16,344 nt of DNA from Breznakia sp. PF5-3 (GTDB taxonomy: Bacteria > Bacillota_I > Bacilli_A > Erysipelotrichales > Erysipelotrichaceae). The notes beneath the pieces were generated by a model, which saw only the letters and a program-made list of their open reading frames with translations, made no database searches and was not told where the DNA came from. Every line of letters begins with the position of its first letter. Position 1 is the stretch's first letter. The position numbers and the translations under genes were made by a program. The stretch is from the NCBI RefSeq assembly GCF_029504745.1, contig NZ_JAQFIQ010000050.1:1-16344 (forward strand), given 5' to 3'. Shown piece after piece: positions 1-8,052 of this stretch.

Positions 1-870
1 CTGTATTCGAAAGGTGTGACAACTGCTGAAATCGCTGACCTTATTGAAAAGATGTATGGTCATGCGTATTCACCAGCAACGATTTCAAACATCACGATGG
101 CAGTTGAAGAACATGTGCAAGCATTTCACTCGAGAAAACTGAACAAGCGTTATTCTGTTGTTTATGGTGATGCCACAATGATTAATGTCAGACGCGATAG
201 TGTTTCGAAAGAAGCGTTGCATATACTAATTGGGATTACCCATGAAGGAACTAAGGAGGTACTAGATTACCAACTATATCCACAAGAATCAAGCGAAAAC
301 TACAAAGAAATGCTTGAAGACATTAAGCAACGTGGTACTAAAGAAATTCTTCTTTTCGTAACGGATGGTTTAACTGGACTAGCGAATGCTTGCTTAGATG
401 TTTACCCAAAAGCAAAACATCAAGCTTGTTGGGTACATGTTCAACGAAGCGTTTCAAGAAACGTTCGTGCCAAAGATAAGAGAGAAGTTCTTGATGATTT
501 AAAACCGGTTTATAGGGCGAAAGATGAAGTTGAAGCACGAAATCATCTTGAAGCTTTTAAAGATAAATACAGAAGTCGTTACCCAAAGGTGATTAAATCA
601 CTAGCGGATAATCAATCACTATTCAGTTTTTATGAATTTCCAGAAGCAATTAGAAGTAGTCTTTATACGACAAATCTCATTGAGGGGATGAATAAGCAAC
701 TAAAGCGAAATACCAAACGTAAAGAACAATTTCCAAACGAGGATTCACTTGATCGTTTCGTATGTGACTACATGATGGATTATAACAGACGATTTTCCAC
801 ACGAATCCATAAAGGATTCGGATTAGTACAAGCAGAGATTAATGATATGTTTGACAAAAGATACAATTAA
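1..870 (+). CDS. IS256-family (Mutator-type DDE) transposase, 3' portion; the N-terminus lies left of the window
   Basis: Frame 1 is open from nt 1 (LYSKGVTTAEIADLIEKMYG...), so the GTG at 16 in the ORF track is not the true start. Family-typical motifs are present: YSPATISNIT, VVYGDATMINVR, FVTDGLTGL, CWVHVQR and TTNLIEGMNKQLKRNTKRK. Stop TAA at 868-870. Confidence 0.9.
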   Translation: MYSKGVTTAEIADLIEKMYGHAYSPATISNITMAVEEHVQAFHSRKLNKRYSVVYGDATMINVRRDSVSKEALHILIGITHEGTKEVLDYQLYPQESSENYKEMLEDIKQRGTKEILLFVTDGLTGLANACLDVYPKAKHQACWVHVQRSVSRNVRAKDKREVLDDLKPVYRAKDEVEARNHLEAFKDKYRSRYPKVIKSLADNQSLFSFYEFPEAIRSSLYTTNLIEGMNKQLKRNTKRKEQFPNEDSLDRFVCDYMMDYNRRFSTRIHKGFGLVQAEINDMFDKRYN

Positions 871-909
871 ATTCTACTATGACGTTTACACAAAATTATT
901 GACACTGCC
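1..909 (+). mobile_element. Right-hand part of an IS256-family insertion sequence; candidate right terminal repeat at about 884-909
   Basis: The transposase stop at 870 is followed by GTTTACACAAAATTATTGACACTGCC (884-909). From memory this resembles the TTTTACACAATTAT...-type terminus of IS256. Past ~910 the sequence becomes very AT-rich, promoter-like DNA. The left end is outside the window, so the inverted-repeat pair and target duplication cannot be verified. Confidence 0.5.
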
Positions 910-983
910 TAATTTCTTTCATTTTTATATAATATAATTACTATCTATTATGAAAAAGTAATATAATGAATATAGGTGATGAT

Positions 984-1457
984 ATGAAAGTTGTCTTTTT
1001 AGATATAGATGGAGTTTTGAATTCTTATAAGTATATGGAAAAACCTTTTGTTTTAAAAGGGAAAAATTATCATTTTATTGATAAGAAAAATATTGCTAAT
1101 CTAAAAGAAATTATTAATAAAACAAATGCAGTTATAGTATTATCTTCTACTTGGCGGCTATCTTTTTATGATGATTTAACAAGTAATAATAAGATGGGAG
1201 AAGCATTAATTTATGCACTGAAGGAAGCAAATCTTTCTTTGTATGCTATGACTCCTTATAATGGCATTGATCGCTACCAAGAAATACAAGAATGGTTGTT
1301 AGAACATCCAGAAGTTAGTACATATATAATCTTGGATGATACAGATTATGATTGGAAAGATATAAAGCCTTATTGGATTCCTTGCAACCCTAAGGTAGGT
1401 TTAACTAAAAAGGATGCAAAGAAAGCAATTCGTTTGCTAGGAGAGGTTAAAAAATAA
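984..1457 (+). CDS. Small HAD-superfamily phosphatase-like protein (resembles the stand-alone HAD domain seen in RNA-repair 'Swiss army knife' proteins)
   Basis: MKVVFLDIDGVLNS (motif I DxDGVL), VLSSTWR (motif II Ser/Thr) and IILDDTD (motif IV acidic pair). The ORF track starts at ATG 966. ATG 984 is preferred because AGGTGA (974-979) sits just upstream and motif I then falls at the usual N-terminal position. Either start is possible. Confidence 0.7.
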   Translation: MKVVFLDIDGVLNSYKYMEKPFVLKGKNYHFIDKKNIANLKEIINKTNAVIVLSSTWRLSFYDDLTSNNKMGEALIYALKEANLSLYAMTPYNGIDRYQEIQEWLLEHPEVSTYIILDDTDYDWKDIKPYWIPCNPKVGLTKKDAKKAIRLLGEVKK

Positions 1458-1493
1458 TAAAGAAAAAAGGGTATACTAAGCTTTGAATAGGTT

Positions 1494-2168
1494 TCATTCT
1501 GTTTCGTAAATTAATGATTGAATGTGAATGGTTAGAAATATAATTTCTGTTCCTGTTAAGTCGAATTCATATTTTTGTTTTAGGAACTGTGCTATGTTTT
1601 CTGCACATTTATATGGTAATTGATATTTTTTTCTAGCTTCAGGAAACCATTCGTCTATATTGGATACATCTTTTTGTTTCTTTAAAATTCGAATGGATAG
1701 ATATTTTAAATGTTCGATTAGTCTTCTTCCAGATATAGATTTATGATCCAGTTTAAACATAAAATGATATTTTATCAGTTTTATCATTTCATTGATTTGT
1801 TCCATAATCTTAAGAATGTGAAGGGGTGAAACATGATGTCTAGCAGCAGCAATGATAATTGCTATATCTGCCATTGCATTATCATTCAAAGATAAGTTGA
1901 AGTTAGCATTCATATCTTCAATGATGACTTTAGACATACTATATTCTTCTTGAAAAAATGTAAGTACATTATATTTTGTGATATTGGATAAAGACAGTTG
2001 TACATGTTTGTAATCAACGTTGAGAAAATACTTATAGAGTGTAATATAGATTGAATTATCAATTTTTTCGGGTAATTTACTTTTAATATAAGATACATGC
2101 TTTTTTATGTAAGGGGCATAATTCATTATAGAAGGATGTGTATAAATGATGTTGTGAGTTTCTTTCAT
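1494..2168 (-). CDS. Stand-alone PRD-domain protein (PTS regulation domain) with no recognisable RNA- or DNA-binding module
   Basis: 224 aa. The C-terminal half matches the PRD pattern (ARKKYQLPYKCAENIAQFLKQKYEFDLTGTEIIFLTIHIQS). The N-terminal half has a second PRD-like unit (ADIAIIIAAARHH). RBS AGGAG (complement of 2176-2180) lies 7 nt before the ATG at 2168. Confidence 0.6.
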   Translation of the reverse strand: MKETHNIIYTHPSIMNYAPYIKKHVSYIKSKLPEKIDNSIYITLYKYFLNVDYKHVQLSLSNITKYNVLTFFQEEYSMSKVIIEDMNANFNLSLNDNAMADIAIIIAAARHHVSPLHILKIMEQINEMIKLIKYHFMFKLDHKSISGRRLIEHLKYLSIRILKKQKDVSNIDEWFPEARKKYQLPYKCAENIAQFLKQKYEFDLTGTEIIFLTIHIQSLIYETE

Positions 2169-2192
2169 AGGAATACTCCTTTCGCTATTAAA

Positions 2193-2241
2193 ACTATAAG
2201 CTGTCTTGTAACTTGACAGTCAAGCGATATTAAAATAGTAT
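2193..2241. promoter_or_regulatory. Divergent promoter pair sharing the 13-bp palindrome CTTGACAGTCAAG (2212-2224)
   Basis: Plus strand: TTGACA (2213-2218), 17 nt, TAGTAT (2236-2241), then GAAAGAGG RBS and ATG 2259. Minus strand: TTGACT (complement of 2218-2223), 19 nt, TATAGT (complement of 2193-2198). The perfect 6-1-6 palindrome contains both -35 hexamers. Confidence 0.4.
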
Positions 2242-2258
2242 TTAAGAAAGAGGTTTAT

Positions 2259-3077
2259 ATGGAAAAAATTGATCGAGAAATATATTTATCAACAGGAGAG
2301 TTTGCAAAGATGGTGGGTATTCGTAGAAAACATCTAATTTATTATGATGAAATTGGATTGTTTTCGCCTGAAATTGTTTTAGATAATGGATATCGTTACT
2401 ATTATTATCGTCAATTGTATACATTAAATATGATTTTAACACTGAAAGAGATAGGGATGTCATTGGAAGAAATTAAGCAATTTACAGATAATAGAAATCC
2501 GGATAGTATGATTTCAATTTTTAAAAATCAAAATGAAAAAGTAGAGAAAGAAATCGAAAAATTAACTCTGATTAAAGATATGATGAAGGTTCATGTTGAA
2601 ACAGCACAACTTGCAAAATCAGTGAAGGTGGGAAGTATTCAAGTACTTGATTTTGATGAAGAGCCAATTTTTGTAGGAAGTGATAATATTTTTGAAGAAG
2701 ATGAAAAACCATTGCTTTCAAAAGCTATTTCAAGGTTTTACAAAAATGTTAGTTCACAAGGCTACAGTTTTGCTTTTCCAATCGGCTTTTATATTGATTA
2801 TGAGCAATATAAAAGAAAGAATTTTAAGTTTACTTCACATTTTTATTATCGAGTTGCTAGATCAAAGGAGTGTAAGCCAGCTGGGAAATATATTGTGCTA
2901 TATGAATGCAATGCATATAGTGATAGAAATGCTCTATATGAGAGAATATTTGCGTATGCTAAGAAACATCATTATAAACTCACAGGTTACATATATGAGG
3001 ACAATCTTTTAAATGAAATAACAGCAAAAGACCCCAAAGAATATATTTTGCGAATATCCATCAGAATAGATGAATAA
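2259..3077 (+). CDS. MerR-family transcriptional regulator with a C-terminal GyrI-like/effector-binding domain (BmrR-type architecture)
   Basis: N-terminal MerR HTH: YLSTGEFAKMVGIRRKHLIYYDEIGLFSPE...GYRYYYYRQLYTLNMILTLKEIGMSLEEIK. This is followed by a coiled-coil linker (NEKVEKEIEKLTLIKD) and a ~150-aa C-terminal domain of the GyrI-like type. Confidence 0.85.
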   Translation: MEKIDREIYLSTGEFAKMVGIRRKHLIYYDEIGLFSPEIVLDNGYRYYYYRQLYTLNMILTLKEIGMSLEEIKQFTDNRNPDSMISIFKNQNEKVEKEIEKLTLIKDMMKVHVETAQLAKSVKVGSIQVLDFDEEPIFVGSDNIFEEDEKPLLSKAISRFYKNVSSQGYSFAFPIGFYIDYEQYKRKNFKFTSHFYYRVARSKECKPAGKYIVLYECNAYSDRNALYERIFAYAKKHHYKLTGYIYEDNLLNEITAKDPKEYILRISIRIDE

Positions 3078-3103
3078 AAAAACGCTACTTATAGCGTTTA
3101 TAT
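3076..3103. terminator. Bidirectional intrinsic terminator between convergent genes
   Basis: AAACGCTA (3080-3087), loop CTTA, TAGCGTTT (3092-3099). It is flanked by an A-run upstream and a T-rich stretch downstream, and sits between the stop at 3077 (+) and the stop at 3116 (-). Confidence 0.6.
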
Positions 3104-3115
3104 TGTTATGAGAGA

Positions 3116-3730
3116 CTAAAATTCAATTTTACAAGATACCACCCTACCAATGATAGAAACAGGTAATTCATTTACTTCTTGAGCTGTGAAATAACGATTT
3201 TCATAATCTGGATTCGTTGCTTCTAAAATAAGTAAATTCTTTTCTTTGATTACTTTTTTGATAGTTGCTTCATCACCATTGATTACAACAACAGCAATAT
3301 CTCCAGAGTTTACATCAGATTGTGCTTTAACATAAACCTTACTACCATCAAAAATATGTGAGCCAATCATAGAGTCTCCTTTGACTTGAAGGAAGTAATC
3401 ACCTTTGTTTACGTCGGAATCACTTACTTCTTCATAACCTAGTAGTTGCTCATTTGCAATCAAATCATAGCCTGCCTTAACGAAGCCTAATACCGGCTTC
3501 ATTTTTTTTGAATGTTCTTTGGAGTCTTGATTATCCCAGCTGATTAAGGTCATGGGATCAATTTCTAAGATGGTTGCTAATTTTAAAATTTTGTCATTTT
3601 TAATATTTTTTATTTCACCAGTTTCCCAACGGGTAACCGTTGGCATACTTACACCAACATACTTTGCCACTTGCTCAGTTGTCAGTTTTAATGATTTTCT
3701 TTTTCTTCGAATATATTCATTCATTTGCAT
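3116..3730 (-). CDS. XRE-family HTH / S24 peptidase (LexA/CI-like) autocleavable repressor
   Basis: N-terminal XRE HTH: LKLTTEQVAKYVGVSMPTVTRWETGE. LexA-like cleavage-site context: PVLGFVKAGYDLIA (Ala86-Gly87). Catalytic Ser in VKGDSM (Ser120) and Lys in EATIKKV (Lys158), giving LexA-like Ser-Lys spacing. RBS GAGGTGA precedes the ATG at 3730. Confidence 0.85.
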   Translation of the reverse strand: MQMNEYIRRKRKSLKLTTEQVAKYVGVSMPTVTRWETGEIKNIKNDKILKLATILEIDPMTLISWDNQDSKEHSKKMKPVLGFVKAGYDLIANEQLLGYEEVSDSDVNKGDYFLQVKGDSMIGSHIFDGSKVYVKAQSDVNSGDIAVVVINGDEATIKKVIKEKNLLILEATNPDYENRYFTAQEVNELPVSIIGRVVSCKIEF

Positions 3731-3747
3731 AAAATCACCTCATAATT

Positions 3748-3776
3748 ATTATAAGCAAATAAGTACATAAATGCAA
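3748..3776 (-). promoter_or_regulatory. Candidate sigma-A promoter of the repressor gene
   Basis: On the minus strand: TTGCAT (complement of 3771-3776), 17 nt, TATAAT (complement of 3748-3753). It is overlapped by a degenerate copy of the operator (AAGTACATAAATGCAATT, 3761-3778) and by the tandem 8-mer ATGCAATT x2 (3771-3786). Confidence 0.45.
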
Positions 3777-3815
3777 TTATGCAATTAAATAAAAAGAATA
3801 AATTACGTTTTTGTA

Positions 3816-3843
3816 TTGTAATTACGTAACTTTCTAGTATAAT
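3816..3843 (+). promoter_or_regulatory. Candidate sigma-A promoter of the radical SAM operon
   Basis: TTGTAA (3816-3821), 16 nt, TATAAT (3838-3843). The spacer contains the palindromic octamer TTACGTAA (3822-3829). Confidence 0.5.
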
Positions 3844-3853
3844 TAAACTATAA

Positions 3854-3873
3854 AAAGTACGTAAACGTACTTT
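3854..3873. promoter_or_regulatory. Perfect palindromic operator candidate AAAGTACG-TAAA-CGTACTTT
   Basis: An 8-N4-8 perfect inverted repeat lies between the -10 (3838-3843) and the AGGAGG RBS (3875-3880), over the expected transcription start. Related TACGT cores occur at 3804-3808 and 3823-3827. Confidence 0.55.
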
Positions 3874-3886
3874 AGGAGGAGTAACT

Positions 3887-5155
3887 ATGGAAGTTGCTGA
3901 AAAATTGAAAATATTAGCAGATAGTGCAAAATATGATGTTTCTTGTAGTTCGAGTGGAAGCGATCGCAAAAATACTGATAAAGGAATAGGAAATGCAAGT
4001 CTTTGTGGGATTTGTCATAGTTTCTCTGCAGATGGTAGATGTATTTCGTTGCTTAAAATATTAATGACCAATTCTTGCATCTATGACTGTAAATATTGTA
4101 TTAATCGAGCTTCTAATAATATTCAAAGAGCTTGTTTTACACCACAAGAGATAGCAGATATAACAATTAATTTTTATCGAAGAAATTATATAGAAGGTTT
4201 ATTTTTGAGTTCAGGAATTATCAAAAATCCAGATTATACAATGGAAATGCTGTGTGAAGCGATTTCTATTTTGCGTAATAAGTATCATTTTAATGGATAT
4301 ATTCATGCGAAAACAATTCCTGGTGCAAGTCAAGATATGATTAATAAGTTGGGGTTATTGGTAGATCGTATGAGTATTAATATAGAGTTACCTTCTAATC
4401 AAAGTTTGAAATTGCTTGCTCCCAATAAAGAAAAGGATGCTATTTTAGAACCTATGAAATATATTAAGAATACGGTTAAACAAGATCGAAAGTTTGTGCG
4501 AGCAGGGCAGACCACACAACTTATTATAGGTGCAACACCAGAGTCAGATTTTAAAATCTTATCCTTAGCTGAGGGAATGTATGGAAAGATGAACATGAAA
4601 AGAGTTTATTATTCCGCATATGTACCACTTAATCATGATGATCACTTACCAGCGCTTAAGAAACCGCCATTGTTAAGAGAGAATCGATTGTATCAAGCGG
4701 ATTGGTTGCTCCGATTTTATGGGTTTAAAGTTGAGGACCTTTTGGATGATAGTCATCAAAATTTCAATGAATTATTGGATCCTAAAGCAGATTGGGCATT
4801 GCACAATATGGATTATTTTCCAGTTGAAATTAATAAAGCTGATTACTATACACTTTTACGAGTTCCAGGGATTGGTGTTTTGTCAGCAAAGAAGATAATG
4901 GCAGCTAGAAAACATCATAAATTAACATTTGAAAGCTTAAAAAAAATGCGCGTTGTTTTAAAGCGGGCAAAATATTTTATTACCTGTGATGGGAAATATT
5001 TTGCAAGTACTTCATTTTTTAATAGTAATTTAATTTCTAGTGCATTAATCCATGATGAAAGAAAGCTGCTTATCGATTCAACGGATACAGTTCAATTATC
5101 ACTTTTTGAACCCACGACAAAGGATAGAGTAGAATGCATCACTGGACAGTTATAG
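3887..5155 (+). CDS. Putative DNA modification/repair radical SAM protein (TIGR03916-type) with a C-terminal helix-hairpin-helix
   Basis: N-terminal AEKLKILADSAKYDVSC... and CGICHS..DGRC, then the radical SAM cluster motif CIYDCKYC. C-terminal HhH-like LLRVPGIGVLSAKKIMAARK. RBS AGGAGG lies 6 nt upstream. Confidence 0.85.
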   Translation: MEVAEKLKILADSAKYDVSCSSSGSDRKNTDKGIGNASLCGICHSFSADGRCISLLKILMTNSCIYDCKYCINRASNNIQRACFTPQEIADITINFYRRNYIEGLFLSSGIIKNPDYTMEMLCEAISILRNKYHFNGYIHAKTIPGASQDMINKLGLLVDRMSINIELPSNQSLKLLAPNKEKDAILEPMKYIKNTVKQDRKFVRAGQTTQLIIGATPESDFKILSLAEGMYGKMNMKRVYYSAYVPLNHDDHLPALKKPPLLRENRLYQADWLLRFYGFKVEDLLDDSHQNFNELLDPKADWALHNMDYFPVEINKADYYTLLRVPGIGVLSAKKIMAARKHHKLTFESLKKMRVVLKRAKYFITCDGKYFASTSFFNSNLISSALIHDERKLLIDSTDTVQLSLFEPTTKDRVECITGQL

Positions 5156-5898
5156 ATTGTACTTATTTGTATGATGGTTCACTTGAAGGGATATTGAGTG
5201 TTGTGTATACATGTTTAAAAGATAAGCAAATCCCAAATATGGTTATAGAAGAAGAGAACTATGTTGGAAATTTATTTGAACAACCTAAAATGATTTCTAC
5301 AAATCTCGATCATTCTTCTTATATTCTCGAACAAATTCAAGAGAAGGTTTCAGATTTGGCTTTGTATTATGTATATACTTCATTTCTATCAAGTGACAAA
5401 AAGAAAGCCAATGCGCTTCTTCATTACATAATTTATGCTTTTAAATATGGATTTAAAATAAATCAAATGAAAAGTATAGATTGTGTCATTGAAGTACAAC
5501 GAATTGCTAAGAATGTGAAATACGAAGCTCATCGATTTTCAGGCTTTATAAGATTTAAGGAATTAGAAAATAAGTTTTTATATGCTGAGTATGAATCTGA
5601 TAATGATATTTTAACGTTCTTGGCAGATCATTTCAGTGATCGATTGCAACAAGAGATATGGATGATTCATGATAAGACGAGGTTTCAAATTGCTTTATAC
5701 AATCGTGATGAATATATTATTGTAGATTCTAAAACAATTGATTTGACAATAATTGAAAGTGATCAAGAGGATTATTATCTACAATTATGGAAAGACTATT
5801 TTAAAAACATAACGATTAAAGAAAGAGAAAACAGGCGTTGTCAGCGAAGTTTTATGCCAAAAAAATATTGGAAATATTTACCAGAAACAAAAGGATAA
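5134..5898 (+). CDS. DUF4130 / TIGR03915-family putative DNA metabolism protein (obligate partner of the radical SAM protein)
   Basis: N-terminal YLYDGSLEGILSVVY and C-terminal RRCQRSFMPKKYWKYLPE signatures are typical of the family. It overlaps the upstream gene by 22 nt (5134-5155), suggesting translational coupling. A TTG at 5167 is an alternative start. Confidence 0.8.
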   Translation: MHHWTVIDCTYLYDGSLEGILSVVYTCLKDKQIPNMVIEEENYVGNLFEQPKMISTNLDHSSYILEQIQEKVSDLALYYVYTSFLSSDKKKANALLHYIIYAFKYGFKINQMKSIDCVIEVQRIAKNVKYEAHRFSGFIRFKELENKFLYAEYESDNDILTFLADHFSDRLQQEIWMIHDKTRFQIALYNRDEYIIVDSKTIDLTIIESDQEDYYLQLWKDYFKNITIKERENRRCQRSFMPKKYWKYLPETKG

Positions 5899-5918
5899 TA
5901 ATGAAATAAAGGAGTTAA

Positions 5919-7562
<1,644 letters not shown>

Positions 7563-7587
7563 TTTAAAGAAAAATATAACATAAAAA

Positions 7588-7628
7588 ACAAAGTAAAAAT
7601 AACCTTCAATTTTACTTTGTTTTTGTTT
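7588..7628 (+). terminator. Intrinsic terminator of the radical SAM/DUF4130/chaperonin operon
   Basis: ACAAAGTAAAA (7588-7598), 11-nt loop, TTTTACTTTGT (7610-7620), followed by TTTTGTTT. The stem is AT-rich but has 11 perfect base pairs. Confidence 0.6.
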
Positions 7629-7750
7629 ATAGTTCATTACAAATTAATTAGGATTTATAACAACATGAGAAAATTATCACAAATCTGTGGCAATATAGAT
7701 ACAAATGATTTAACTGTATTTTAATATTTATGATTATCTTTATTACGATG

Positions 7751-7796
7751 TATATCACTATTGTTTAAATACAATTTATAGTGATATATTTTTTTA
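7751..7796 (+). terminator. Terminator-like hairpin plus T-run, function unknown
   Basis: TATATCACTAT (7751-7761) pairs with ATAGTGATATA (7778-7788) across a 16-nt loop, followed by a T-run ending at 7796. No annotated gene ends here. Confidence 0.3.
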
Positions 7797-8052
7797 TCTT
7801 TGATAAAAATACAGCGATTATTTTAGGAATGATATAAACAGGGAAGAAGTAGAATGAGATTTTTAAATTAATAAAATCGTCACCAATGGGTTTGATTTAT
7901 GAAAATTGAAACTTTTTTGAATTAAATGGACGATTTTAATTTTATGTTGTGTCTAGATTAATGAGTGGGAAAAATAAAATGAACGATTTGGAAATTTTTC
8001 CCTACAAATTAAGGAGGGATAAGACATAATAAGCAGGAGGGCAAGTATATAT

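Noticed and set aside
3731-3886. Looked for a canonical Firmicutes LexA (Cheo) box, CGAAC-N4-GTTCG.
   Set aside because: None is present. The palindrome found is GTACG-N4-CGTAC, and the adjacent repressor has an XRE HTH rather than the LexA DNA-binding domain. The site is therefore not called a LexA box and the gene is not named lexA.
3552-3969. ORFs 3552..3770 (+) and 3721..3969 (-) spanning the divergent control region.
   Set aside because: They run antisense to well-supported genes and straddle the promoter/operator region. They have no RBS and no recognisable motifs.
7664-7723. 19-codon ORF (MRKLSQICGNIDTNDLTVF), along with several 5-11-codon ORFs in the 7563-8052 gap.
   Set aside because: There is no RBS and no conservation evidence available. 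ORFs this short are expected by chance.
7980-8007. Possible ECF-type autoregulatory promoter TGAAC-N17-CTACAA upstream of the sigma gene.
   Set aside because: It has no CGT-type -10 element, and no second copy occurs upstream of 9371 or 10609. It cannot be distinguished from chance in AT-rich DNA.
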